A stretch of 43,684 bases of DNA, taken from contig JAKQJL010000014.1 in assembly GCA_029561175.1 (NCBI GenBank), positions 1 through 43,684 of the forward strand, written 5' to 3'. The DNA comes from a bacterium (GTDB lineage Bacteria > Patescibacteriota > Microgenomatia > UBA12405). A program made the position numbers and the translations under genes. The notes under the pieces are model-generated. The model was not told the origin of the DNA. It did not search any database and was given only the letters and a program-made list of their open reading frames with translations. Shown here in pieces: positions 8,308 to 17,881 of the stretch (position 1 is its first letter; every line of letters starts with the position of its first letter).

Positions 8308-9364
8308 TTTGGTTCAAAACTAAATAAACTAAAACCCAAAGGTATAAACCAGAATTAGCGAAAGAAGAATGTATTAATAGAGCAATTAAAATTGATTTAA
8401 GATAGGTTGATGAAGATTTAAACCAAACAAATAAGCCAATAAGTAGAGGAATAATTCCAAGAATACCATTGGTAATTAGTAAAGTTAATAAACTATTATC
8501 AAATCCGGATGAGGCATGAGATTCTGGATTGGAGTGAAAATGTTTTAAGTTGTTATACCCCAAACCAAAGAAAGGCGATTTTTGAGATAGTTTAAAAGCT
8601 TGTTGATAATTTTCGATTTTGGCAAAAATTGATGATGTTCTTTTTAAATTGGTACTTTCTCCTGGTACTTTGGGTAAAAGTAATATTGTTAAACTAAGAA
8701 TTAATAGAGTTTTAATAAATAGATAGCGATAGTGATAAAAAATTTCAAGAAACAAGGTTACTATTAGCAATGCAAGATAAGTTGATCGGCTATAAGTTAA
8801 AGACATTGCTAAATAACTGATACCAATTAAGATTTGCCAGAATTTTGGTTTATTTAAAAATAAAAAAAGAATAAAAAATAAATAAAGAATTCCAGTAAAG
8901 GTTGGATCAAAAAAAGTGCTAACTAAACGATATTGATGAGGATCCCAATTAAAAGCTTTGAAATAACTGAAGTCTGGCCAAAAGAAATATTGAATAAATC
9001 CAAAAATAATATTTGATAAAAGAGCGATAATTAACCAGGGTTGGTTATTTTTTATGGTAGGTGGATAGGCTAGTAAAAGAAATATAGAAGTTAGCCGTAG
9101 TTGGTAGAACAATGAATTAAAAGAAAAATATTGAAAGTTTAAAATAAAACTAAAAACAGACAAAATAACAAAGATTAAAAAAAAGATATTAGTGGGTTTT
9201 TCTTTTTTTAATAAATGGAAAAATAAGTTAAAAACTGAAAAGATTACTATTAGTAAATCTAAAATTGGTAAATTTTGTCCAAAAAGATTGATTCGAGCAA
9301 GTTGACCAAAAAAAAGACAAAGATAAATAGCGATGGTGGCTATTTGGTAGATTGTAGATGCCAT
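8291..9364 (-). CDS. O-antigen ligase/polymerase (Wzy_C/WaaL-like) membrane protein
   Basis: multi-TM; RLVSTFFDPTF, LTYSRS, PFFGLGYN, LLIHSSF motifs; downstream of two glycosyltransferases. Confidence 0.82.
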   Translation of the reverse strand: MASTIYQIATIAIYLCLFFGQLARINLFGQNLPILDLLIVIFSVFNLFFHLLKKEKPTNIFFLIFVILSVFSFILNFQYFSFNSLFYQLRLTSIFLLLAYPPTIKNNQPWLIIALLSNIIFGFIQYFFWPDFSYFKAFNWDPHQYRLVSTFFDPTFTGILYLFFILFLFLNKPKFWQILIGISYLAMSLTYSRSTYLALLIVTLFLEIFYHYRYLFIKTLLILSLTILLLPKVPGESTNLKRTSSIFAKIENYQQAFKLSQKSPFFGLGYNNLKHFHSNPESHASSGFDNSLLTLLITNGILGIIPLLIGLFVWFKSSSTYLKSILIALLIHSSFANSGLYLWVLVYLVLNQTKYRK

Positions 9365-10113
9365 AATTTAGATCTGACTAAAAAAGAATGAAAACTCATA
9401 CCTAAAGCCATAATTATGCCAGGAAGACCGTCGATAAAACCAAGTTTAAAAATATAATTAACAAAAAATTTTGCTAATGGATAGATGACTATTTCAAAAA
9501 TGTTAGTTCTTTTTTGTCGATCAAATAATTCTTGGGCGCGGATTGAAGAATAGTAGTTTATTTTTGAAAAAAATTCATTTAAGTTTTGGTGGGGAAAGTG
9601 ATTGATGGTATAGGCTAATCGAATGTGGCAACATGATGATTTCCAAACTTCATGTACTTTTCCAAAAAAAGAACCATTCTTTTTATTAAATAATCGAAGG
9701 AATCTTTGGTGACGATTTTCACCGTGCATTAATATTTTTCCTAAAAAATAATCGTTCCTAAAAAAAGAATAATTAGAGCCTTGAAAATCGAAATTGTTAA
9801 TAAAATTAAGAAGTTCTTCTGATGGGGTTTCGTCTGGGTCTATCCAAAAAATCCAATTATTAGTAGCAAGGGATATACCAAAATTTCTTTGGGAAGAAAA
9901 ATCGTTATCCAACCCCCTACTTTTAGAAATTACTTTTAAATCTTTAGATTCAAGTTTTTTCAATTTCTCAACAGTATCATCAGTGGAATTGTCATCGATA
10001 TTTACTATTTCATTAATTGCTGGACAAAGACTAAGCCATTCCTGTAGAACATCAACATTTTCAGATTCATTTTTGGTTAAGTATAAAAGAGAGATTTTAT
10101 TTGAGTTGACCAT
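9340..10113 (-). CDS. GT2 family glycosyltransferase
   Basis: TKNES, IDDNSTDDT, FSSQRNFG, WIDPDE, GKVHE, FIDGLPG. Confidence 0.92.
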   Translation of the reverse strand: MVNSNKISLLYLTKNESENVDVLQEWLSLCPAINEIVNIDDNSTDDTVEKLKKLESKDLKVISKSRGLDNDFSSQRNFGISLATNNWIFWIDPDETPSEELLNFINNFDFQGSNYSFFRNDYFLGKILMHGENRHQRFLRLFNKKNGSFFGKVHEVWKSSCCHIRLAYTINHFPHQNLNEFFSKINYYSSIRAQELFDRQKRTNIFEIVIYPLAKFFVNYIFKLGFIDGLPGIIMALGMSFHSFLVRSKLWHLQSTK

Positions 10114-11179
10114 TATTTGCGATTATCATTAGTAAATTTTTTGTATAGTTTGACCAATCTATTCTATCAAGTTGGTGTAAATTTACTATTTTCTTATTTA
10201 AATACTGTTTTATATGATAATTAGCAATTTTATCATTTTGAAACAAGATTCCGTTTAAACCATTTCTTATAAGTTCACTTGTTCCTCCTGTGTTTATTCC
10301 AAAAACAAAAAGACCTTTGTTTAAAGCTTCAAGAGTTGTTAATCCAAAAGGTTCTTTTATATTATTAGCAAGGTAAAACGAATGTTTTTTTATTATTTCT
10401 TCTTTATTTTTATTGTTTTCTTCTTGAATTATTTTTGTGTTTGGTAATAATTTTGATTGATTAAAAATATAGTTGCTTTCATCTGTTATTCTTCCGATTA
10501 TTAAAAGCTTGATACCTTTAATATTTTTTATTTGATTTAAAGAAATTTGATGTCCTTTTAAATATGAAAGTTGTCCAATAGATAAAATTTCTTTTTTTGG
10601 GTTTTTTATAATCTTTGTTTTATGAATATATTTTAATCCAGGATAAAGAACGAACCCTTTTTTGTTATAGATTTTCTTTAGTAGATAATTTGAATATTGT
10701 GAGTTTGTAATAATCAAATTGGCTTTTTTACAATTAACATAATCTATTAGTTTTAAAGGTAATCTAAAAAATTTGGCAAGTCTTTTTTTAAAATTATTTA
10801 GAAAAGCTGTTTTCTCATAAAACTCCCTTTTTGGTTCAGAAAAAATATATACTGCGTTATTTAAATAATGAAACAGATATGGAGTTTGTATATTTTTGCA
10901 CGCTCCTATAATCACAAGATCGTATTGATTATTTAATATAGTTTTTGATATTTTCTTTGCAATTTTGTTTAAAGTAAAAATTGAAAAAAATAAATCTATA
11001 ATAATATTTTTTTTATTATTTTCAGGAAAAGAATAAACATTATTATAAAATGAGATATTTTTTGGTATTTTGTGGCAATACAAATCAATACAATTATTTT
11101 TTGAGAGATTTAAACTAATATTTTCTATTTGATTTAACGCACCTCCATTATCTAGATTGTGATATATAGCTATTTTCAT
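10097..11179 (-). CDS. GT4 family glycosyltransferase
   Basis: MKIAIYH..GGA, NSQYS, EPFGLTTLEA, GGTSELI; very AT-rich. Confidence 0.88.
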   Translation of the reverse strand: MKIAIYHNLDNGGALNQIENISLNLSKNNCIDLYCHKIPKNISFYNNVYSFPENNKKNIIIDLFFSIFTLNKIAKKISKTILNNQYDLVIIGACKNIQTPYLFHYLNNAVYIFSEPKREFYEKTAFLNNFKKRLAKFFRLPLKLIDYVNCKKANLIITNSQYSNYLLKKIYNKKGFVLYPGLKYIHKTKIIKNPKKEILSIGQLSYLKGHQISLNQIKNIKGIKLLIIGRITDESNYIFNQSKLLPNTKIIQEENNKNKEEIIKKHSFYLANNIKEPFGLTTLEALNKGLFVFGINTGGTSELIRNGLNGILFQNDKIANYHIKQYLNKKIVNLHQLDRIDWSNYTKNLLMIIANNGQLK

Positions 11180-11216
11180 AATGTAATAATAATTACAAAA
11201 GAGTATTATTTAATTA

Positions 11217-13517
11217 ATGAAAAGAATAATATGTTTTCTATTATTTATATTCATTCTTTTAGCTCAAGAAGTAAGAGCTGAATGTTCTTTAAGATATTAT
11301 AATTATTTATCATCATACAGTTCTGATTTAAATTTAAACGGTGAAACTTATCCAAATATAGTGTTTGAGAATGATTCTCTTTTATTAAAAAGTAATAAAG
11401 CAACTTTTCCGTTTATTGAATTGAATAACTATGCTAATTATATAGGTCATGAAATAAAGACATGTAATAATGACGTTTTTGATGTAACTTTTAAGGTAAA
11501 TAGTATTAATCCGATGGGAAGTGGTTTGGGTTTTGGTTATTTAATTAATAATATCCCTTATAATATATTTTCTTTGTGGGCTGATTCTCCTGGTGGTTTG
11601 TATCTTATTTACAATAATTACTATAAATACAATTATGATTTTTGCAAAAACTTATCAGGTAAACCCTTTTATTCAGATTATCAATCTTTTCCTATAAACA
11701 TTACTGATAATGAGTGGCATTCTTTTAGGATTGAAAGAGATTGCCAAAGTTATCATGTTTATATTGATAAGGGATCTGCTGATCAGAAAAAGTTTTCTTT
11801 TTATGGTGCTCAGTGTATACCAGAAAATTTATGGTTTGGAAATCCATTGTCTGGTGGAGGAAGTGAGTGGACAAGTATGTCTTTTAAAAATATAAAGATA
11901 ATGAATTCTTTGGATGATTGTGTTTTACCTACACCAACTCCGTCTATGGCAAAAAAGAAAGTGGTGGTGGTGCCGGGAATGGGGGCGAGCTGGAACAGTC
12001 GAGCAATTGTTTACAATGAAAATGTTGCTGATGATCAATGGAAAATGACTCCGTTTGTGACTAATTATGATAAATTGGTGGCAGCTTTTGAAGAGAATGG
12101 GTATGTGAAAGGGGTTGATTTGTTTGTTTGGAATTACGATTGGCGAAAACCTTTATCAGAGATTGTTGGTAAATTGAATTCTTATATTGATTTGATTAGT
12201 GAGGGGGAAAAAGTTGACATAGTCGGTCATAGTTTAGGAGGATTGGTGGCAAGAGTTTGGTCCCAAGAGAATGAAAATAAATTTAATAAAATAATTAGTT
12301 TGGGTTCGCCACATAAGGGAGTGGTTGAGGCTTATGAAGCATATTATGGTGCAAAGATAGTTGATAAGTTGGATTTTTCGACAATAGGTTTAAAGATTTT
12401 ATTTGAAATTCAAAGACAAGGAAGAAAACCGATTGAGGCTATACAGAACTATGCGCCAATTTTAAAAGATATCTCCCCTACTTTTGATTTTCTTAAAAAG
12501 AACAATAAGATTGTAAGTTTTAATAAAAATAATTATTTAAATAATAAAAATATTAGTTTTTCAGGAGATTTAATGTCGATTGTTGGAAATGGAAATAAAT
12601 TGACAGAATGGATAAATCTAACTGATAGATCAGTTTTTGATAAAGTGATGGGTATTTGGCCAGAAGGAAAACCGATAAGTTATCAAAAAGGAAAAGGAGA
12701 TGGTACGGTGTTGGAAAAAAGTTCGAAGTTTGGAACTGAAATTATAGAAATAAAAAGTGAACACGGAGAATTGCCTGATTTGTCGATAAATAAAGTGTTA
12801 ACTACTTTAGGTTTAGGAATAACAGTTAGCCTGGTAACTGAAAACAGTGTTGATAAAATGGTTTATTTCATTGGTTCTCCAGCAAAAATTGTTTTAGCTT
12901 GTCCTGATGAAACCATTGAATCAGATGATTTTATTTTAAAAGATTTAGAAGATGATGATTCGTGTCAATTAAAAGTAGTTGGAACTGGCGAAGGTAAATA
13001 TCATTTATTATTTGGTAATACAAAAAATAGCGATAGTTGGATTTATAACGAAGGACAAATAAATAATGGTGATGAGGTGGCGGTTGATGGTGATTATTTC
13101 TATCGGCAAATAATAAAAGTGGCGGAAGAATTGAATCTTTTGGAACTAAAAGCTGCGGCTGAAAATAAAGATGATGAATTAATTTTAAGTTTGATTTTTA
13201 AATATCGAAAGCAATCAAAAGAGAATAGTAAAACTTGGTTAATGATTAATTGGTGGCGGCAAATATGTTTAAGTAAAGAATATGAGAATAAATTGACCAA
13301 TGATGTTTATAAAAAAGCTTTGGAAGCTAGATCTTTAGTAGATAGAATTTCTAGGCTAAAAATCAGATTTGGAATTAACCCTACCGAGTATGGAGCTAAT
13401 AGTTTTAATGAACTAGATAAATACTATGTAGAGATGGTGGCGAATAAAACAAAAGACAGATCGTTGGTGATGGCTAATGCAAAGTTAATTATCAAGTTGG
13501 CCGAAGACGTTTGGTAG
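11217..13517 (+). CDS. secreted alpha/beta-hydrolase (LCAT/PGAP1-like lipase/acyltransferase) with N-terminal ConA/LamG-like domain
   Basis: signal peptide; Cys-containing beta domain (WHSFRIER..YHVYID); PTPTPS linker; VVPGMGAS, YDWR, GHSLGG, GDGTV, EHGELP. Confidence 0.82.
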   Translation: MKRIICFLLFIFILLAQEVRAECSLRYYNYLSSYSSDLNLNGETYPNIVFENDSLLLKSNKATFPFIELNNYANYIGHEIKTCNNDVFDVTFKVNSINPMGSGLGFGYLINNIPYNIFSLWADSPGGLYLIYNNYYKYNYDFCKNLSGKPFYSDYQSFPINITDNEWHSFRIERDCQSYHVYIDKGSADQKKFSFYGAQCIPENLWFGNPLSGGGSEWTSMSFKNIKIMNSLDDCVLPTPTPSMAKKKVVVVPGMGASWNSRAIVYNENVADDQWKMTPFVTNYDKLVAAFEENGYVKGVDLFVWNYDWRKPLSEIVGKLNSYIDLISEGEKVDIVGHSLGGLVARVWSQENENKFNKIISLGSPHKGVVEAYEAYYGAKIVDKLDFSTIGLKILFEIQRQGRKPIEAIQNYAPILKDISPTFDFLKKNNKIVSFNKNNYLNNKNISFSGDLMSIVGNGNKLTEWINLTDRSVFDKVMGIWPEGKPISYQKGKGDGTVLEKSSKFGTEIIEIKSEHGELPDLSINKVLTTLGLGITVSLVTENSVDKMVYFIGSPAKIVLACPDETIESDDFILKDLEDDDSCQLKVVGTGEGKYHLLFGNTKNSDSWIYNEGQINNGDEVAVDGDYFYRQIIKVAEELNLLELKAAAENKDDELILSLIFKYRKQSKENSKTWLMINWWRQICLSKEYENKLTNDVYKKALEARSLVDRISRLKIRFGINPTEYGANSFNELDKYYVEMVANKTKDRSLVMANAKLIIKLAEDVW

Positions 13518-14021
13518 TTATTTTTTGGTGTATTTTCCGTAAATAACGATTGGAGTGCCAACTTCAGCCCAATCATAAATAACTTTAGCTTCAGGTGTTT
13601 TCATATTAATACAACCGTGTGACATTGGAGTGCCGAAGTTATTGTGCCAGTAAGTGCCATGAATGCTATAACCCATCTTTTTTGGAGTTGACTCATTGTA
13701 AAAGAATAATATATAAGGAACTTTGGGTAAATAATAATAAGTGCCGTTTTCTTTTGATCCTCCAGACATTTTTTGAGATCGAATTTTTGTCCAAATTTGA
13801 TAATCACCAACAGGCGTTCGATCCCAAGTTCCGGATGAAATTAAGTACTCATAAACTAATTTTCCATTCTCGTAGGCATACAATTTTTGATTAGTTAAAT
13901 TAACTTCAATTCTTTTTGATGAAATAGCGGTAGTATCTCCAAGAATGTTTGGTTTTGGGCTAACAATTAGAAAAGTAAAAACTACTAGGGGAAATAATAA
14001 AATCAACCATTGCTTACTCAT
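13518..14021 (-). CDS. L,D-transpeptidase (YkuD family)
   Basis: IEVNLTNQKLYAYE, ISSG, TPVG, HGTYWH...SHGCINM; N-terminal TM. Confidence 0.93.
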   Translation of the reverse strand: MSKQWLILLFPLVVFTFLIVSPKPNILGDTTAISSKRIEVNLTNQKLYAYENGKLVYEYLISSGTWDRTPVGDYQIWTKIRSQKMSGGSKENGTYYYLPKVPYILFFYNESTPKKMGYSIHGTYWHNNFGTPMSHGCINMKTPEAKVIYDWAEVGTPIVIYGKYTKK

Positions 14022-14683
14022 AGTAAGTATATGTTAGCGGTTTTGGTGGATTTAGCAATATGGATTATTGGTTGGTCGATTATTTTTTGAAAATGGTTGT
14101 CTCCGCAGAGTATGGCTGGGCCTCGAGTAATTTTGATTTCGATTACTGAGTTATCGTTAATAATTTGATTAGTTTGTGGTTTGGTGGGGTTATTAAATGC
14201 AATTCCAATGCCTTGACAAAAAATTGTTTGAGTAATGCTTTTAAAATAGCCAGTTGATCCAAACGGAGTGGCAATTACTAAGCCATCGCCAATGATTTCT
14301 TCTGAGTAAGCTTGTTGGTTGAAACGATAAATAAAACGAAGAGCTGACTGGGGGTTTTGAGTATGAATGTTAAATTCATTTAAAACATCAATTTGTTGAT
14401 TGTCGATGGTAGTAAATAATTTGGAAAAACTGGTTGGCTCAATTTGATGATTAACGATTTGTTCAAAAATTACATCTAAATTAGTAATTGGTGAACATCG
14501 AAGACAATGAGAAGAAGACCTAAGAGGCAATATTGGTTGATCAAAATTATTGGCTGCGCCAAGAATAGTGCCGTCTCCACCGACAGTAACTACTAGGTCT
14601 AGTTGATTGGTCCACTTTTCAATTGAGTCCTGAAAACTTTTTTCAATTGGACGATTTTGTGGATTAAAAAGAGTGATTGCCAT
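14018..14683 (-). CDS. nadK: NAD(+) kinase (short form)
   Basis: GGDGT, LNE, GDGLVIATPFGSTGY motifs. Confidence 0.85.
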   Translation of the reverse strand: MAITLFNPQNRPIEKSFQDSIEKWTNQLDLVVTVGGDGTILGAANNFDQPILPLRSSSHCLRCSPITNLDVIFEQIVNHQIEPTSFSKLFTTIDNQQIDVLNEFNIHTQNPQSALRFIYRFNQQAYSEEIIGDGLVIATPFGSTGYFKSITQTIFCQGIGIAFNNPTKPQTNQIINDNSVIEIKITRGPAILCGDNHFQKIIDQPIIHIAKSTKTANIYLL

Positions 14684-14686
14684 TTG

Positions 14687-14758
14687 TGGCCGCTAGTGGG
14701 ATCGAACCACTGACCTTTCCAATGTGAATGGAACGCTCTACCACTGAGCCAAGCAGCC
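14687..14758 (-). tRNA. tRNA-Val(CAC)
   Basis: minus strand: acceptor GGCTGCT/AGCGGCC, anticodon arm TTCCA-TTCACAT-TGGAA, T arm AGTGG-TTCGATC-CCACT; TATAAT at 14776-14781 upstream. Confidence 0.95.
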
Positions 14759-14807
14759 TAAAGTTGGATAGTTGGATTATACAATTTTTTAGAGTAAACT
14801 GACCATT

Positions 14808-15395
14808 ATGAATCTACATCAAAATGAAAAAGGGTTTGCCATTGGAGCCTTAATTTTAGAATTTGTTCAATCGATTGTGTTGGCACTATCGGTGTTTGTG
14901 TTAATTTATCTTTTTGTGGCTCAACCTAATGAAGTGAAAGGAAACTCGATGTTACCGAATTTTGTTAACGGTGAATATTTATTAACAGATAAAATTAGTT
15001 ATCAATTGGGTGAGCCAAAACGAGGAGATGTGGTGGTTTTTAAAGCTCCACCAAGTGAACCATGTGCTGAGGAACAGTGCGAGTATATTAAAAGAATTAT
15101 TGGCGTGCCTGGTGATAAAGTTATGGTTAAAGGCGGAGAAGTATATTTGAATGGTACAAAACTAAATCAATCATTTTTACCAAGTGATTTTGTTACTGAA
15201 GCTGGGGATTTTAATTCTGAAGGTGATGAAAAAACAGTACCTCAAGGTCAATATTTGTGTTTCGGAGATAATCGTTCACATTCTCGAGACGGTCGAGAAT
15301 TTGGACCAATTAAAAAGGAATTAATAGTTGGAAGAGCTTTTTTTAAATACTGGCCTCCTCAATCAATTGGTTTGGTGCCAACAATTAAGCTTTAA
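14808..15395 (+). CDS. lepB: signal peptidase I
   Basis: TM, GNSMLP (Ser), RGDVVVF, YIKRIIGVPGD (Lys), GDNRSHSRDGR. Confidence 0.96.
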   Translation: MNLHQNEKGFAIGALILEFVQSIVLALSVFVLIYLFVAQPNEVKGNSMLPNFVNGEYLLTDKISYQLGEPKRGDVVVFKAPPSEPCAEEQCEYIKRIIGVPGDKVMVKGGEVYLNGTKLNQSFLPSDFVTEAGDFNSEGDEKTVPQGQYLCFGDNRSHSRDGREFGPIKKELIVGRAFFKYWPPQSIGLVPTIKL

Positions 15396-16240
15396 TTTAA
15401 TTCAGAGTTAGTTAGTTCCTTTTTGCACACGGTTTGATAGAGACTTTTTAGTTCTTCAAAACGTTTATCAAGTGGGCCTCGAAATTGGAAAGTAACTTTA
15501 GTAATTACATTTGTTTGAGAGACTTTGACAGTGGTCGTTTTTTGATCAAAAACAGAGACGAGATCTTCACTGATGGTGTCTAACTTTGACTTAAGAAATA
15601 AATTAATATTTTCTTTGGTGATAGGGACGACACCTTCTTCAATTTTTTTTCTCATCCGACGAGCAATTTCTTCGGCTCGGCGAACAGAGGCTTTTTCTTT
15701 TAAGACTATTTTGTAGGCTTCAATAATTAAACGTGTATCGGTAATTGATGATAGGGCTCGGGCATGACCTTCAGTAATTAATCCAGAAAGTAAGCCATCT
15801 TTTAAAGCATCCGGTAGAGTTAATAATTTTAGACAATTGATGACATAAGGAATACTTTTTCCAACTCTTTTTGCTACTTGGGGGTGGTCAAATCCAAACT
15901 CTTCTTTTAACCTAAGAAAGGCTTTAGCTCTTTCGATTGGATTCAAATCTTTTCGCTGAAGGTTTTCAACAATAGCCATTTCAAGCATTTGTTGAGGGGT
16001 GGTTTTTTTGATAATTGCAGGGACATAGGCTAGTTTTAGTGCTCTGGCTGCACGCCAACGTCGTTCGCCGGCAATGATTTGGTAACCAGCTGGTGTTTGA
16101 GCAACAATTAAGGGTTCAATGATTCCATGTTCTTTGATTGATTCGACTAACTCAGCAATTGATTCTGGACTAATGACGCCTCGAGGCTGAAGAGGGTTTG
16201 GTTCGAGTTGATTGGTGGGGATCTGAGAGACATCTTTCAT
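15392..16240 (-). CDS. parB: ParB/Spo0J family protein
   Basis: PNPLQPR, IIAGERRWRA (CTPase arginine patch), ENLQRKDLNPIE, HTH, GHARAL. Confidence 0.92.
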   Translation of the reverse strand: MKDVSQIPTNQLEPNPLQPRGVISPESIAELVESIKEHGIIEPLIVAQTPAGYQIIAGERRWRAARALKLAYVPAIIKKTTPQQMLEMAIVENLQRKDLNPIERAKAFLRLKEEFGFDHPQVAKRVGKSIPYVINCLKLLTLPDALKDGLLSGLITEGHARALSSITDTRLIIEAYKIVLKEKASVRRAEEIARRMRKKIEEGVVPITKENINLFLKSKLDTISEDLVSVFDQKTTTVKVSQTNVITKVTFQFRGPLDKRFEELKSLYQTVCKKELTNSELN

Positions 16241-16286
16241 AGTAAAAGAATACTATGAAAATGAATGTGAAAAAAGAGATCAAAGT

Positions 16287-16538
16287 TTAGGCTTTGACGA
16301 CTGAAACTATTTTTCGACCAAATTTTTTCAAAAATTTGACAATTCCTGGTTTGATAGCGTAGATGGTAAAATCTTTTCCAAATTTGGTTCCTTCTCCGCA
16401 ATGAAAGGTTGATCCTACTTGACGGACAATAATTTCACCTGTGTTTACTTTTTGATCTCCAAATTTTTTGACACCGCGTCTTTGACCGGGTCGATTTGAT
16501 TTTTGGTTGGTTTTTCCTTGTGATTTGGTATGTGCCAT
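16287..16538 (-). CDS. rpmA: 50S ribosomal protein L27
   Basis: MAHTKS...GVKKFG..GEIIVRQ..GKDFTIYA. Confidence 0.96.
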   Translation of the reverse strand: MAHTKSQGKTNQKSNRPGQRRGVKKFGDQKVNTGEIIVRQVGSTFHCGEGTKFGKDFTIYAIKPGIVKFLKKFGRKIVSVVKA

Positions 16539-16543
16539 ATAGG

Positions 16544-16855
16544 TTAAAAGTTAAGTTTGGTAATTTTTAAATCAGTTAATTGAGCTCGAAAACCTAAATG
16601 ACGTCGGTAACGTGATTTTGATCGATAGGTACTAACTTCAATCTTTTCACCTTTAAAATCTTTGACGATTTCGTATTCGACGGTAGCTTTGTCGACAATT
16701 GGAGTGCCAACAGTGACTTTATCATCGTTGACAGTGAGTAAAACTTCTTTAATTTCACCTTTCTTTTCAGAAGTGGTAAATTTATCGATTGTGATGGTTT
16801 GACCTTCACTGACTAAAAATTGTGAGCCAGAGATGGAAATTACGGCGTATTTCAT
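16544..16855 (-). CDS. rplU: 50S ribosomal protein L21
   Basis: YAVISISGSQFLV, VGTP, KGEKI..YRSKSRYRRHLGFR; directly upstream of rpmA. Confidence 0.96.
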   Translation of the reverse strand: MKYAVISISGSQFLVSEGQTITIDKFTTSEKKGEIKEVLLTVNDDKVTVGTPIVDKATVEYEIVKDFKGEKIEVSTYRSKSRYRRHLGFRAQLTDLKITKLNF

Positions 16856-16863
16856 ACTCGGTT

Positions 16864-16872
16864 ATTATAACA
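16864..16872 (-). promoter_or_regulatory. extended -10 promoter for (near-)leaderless rplU-rpmA mRNA
   Basis: TGTTATAAT 8 nt before ATG. Confidence 0.65.
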
Positions 16873-16885
16873 TAGTAGTTTTTAT

Positions 16886-17881
16886 TTAAATGGAGAAAAT
16901 AATACCCAAAGATAAAAGCAAGGCAATTAAGGAAGAACCGCCAACTGATAAAAACGGTAAAGGGATACCAGTTACGGGCATAACACCGAGATTCATACCG
17001 ATATTAATGAAAGACTGAATCCATATTTGAAAAACCAAAGCTAAAGTAAAAAGAAACATGGGGCGGTTTTGGGTGGTATCGTAAGCTTTAGCTATTAAAC
17101 TAATAATAATTACTAGATAGCAACCTATAATGGTTGTAATACCAACAACTCCCCTTTCTTCACCAATGGCGGCAAACATAAAATCAGTATGTTTTTCTGG
17201 TAGAAAAAAAAGTTGACTTTGGCTTCCCTTTTTATAACCTTTACCCCAAAATCCTCCGGAACCAATGGCGATTTTGGATTGAATAACATTATAGCCTTGA
17301 TTAAGTGGGTCGTGATTTGGATTAATAAAATTAATAATTCGGTTACGTTGATAATCTTTTAAGACATATTTCCAAATTAAGGGTGAAAAAACTAAAAATG
17401 AAATAAAACCCAAAATAGCTAGTTTTTGAAGATATTTTTCGTAGATTAAAAAAGGAGTAAGTAATAAGCTTAACGTGATAGCACTTCCTAAATCTGGTTG
17501 AATTAAAGTCATTAGAATGGGAATGGCGGCTAAGAAATGATATTTAGTGTTAATTAAAAATAATAATAGTAAAGGTTTAATGATTTCTGATGGCTGGATG
17601 GTGGTAAAACCAATATCAATCCAGCGACGTGAACCACGAGTAAAGGTGTTCATTAGTAAGGGAACTGAGAGCAACAAACAGCAAATAATAAAAATAATTA
17701 GTTGTTTATTTTTTAGACTTTTTGGATTTAATTGAGTCCCAAAAATAAAAAAAATCAAACCAATTATCCAAGCAAGTAGTTGTTTGACGAGCAAAGATGG
17801 CGCCACCGAACTAACCATGAGCATGTTCATTAAAAACAAAACAAAAACGCTAATAAAAAAAGGTAGATAACGATTGATCAT
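16886..17881 (-). CDS. rodA: SEDS family rod-shape protein RodA
   Basis: GSRRWI, QPSE, QPDLGS, YQRNRI..DPLNQGYNVIQSKIAIGSGG, LPEKHTDF, TGIPLPFLSVGGSS. Confidence 0.92.
   Translation of the reverse strand: MINRYLPFFISVFVLFLMNMLMVSSVAPSLLVKQLLAWIIGLIFFIFGTQLNPKSLKNKQLIIFIICCLLLSVPLLMNTFTRGSRRWIDIGFTTIQPSEIIKPLLLLFLINTKYHFLAAIPILMTLIQPDLGSAITLSLLLTPFLIYEKYLQKLAILGFISFLVFSPLIWKYVLKDYQRNRIINFINPNHDPLNQGYNVIQSKIAIGSGGFWGKGYKKGSQSQLFFLPEKHTDFMFAAIGEERGVVGITTIIGCYLVIIISLIAKAYDTTQNRPMFLFTLALVFQIWIQSFINIGMNLGVMPVTGIPLPFLSVGGSSLIALLLSLGIIFSI

Noticed and set aside
11217-11950. Asn/Tyr-rich region as a diversity-generating retroelement target
   Set aside because: No template/variable repeat pair or reverse transcriptase was seen; AT bias explains the composition
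14762-14778. Short direct repeat AGTTGGAT x2 upstream of tRNA-Val
   Set aside because: Only two 8-nt copies in a promoter/leader region; no support for a function
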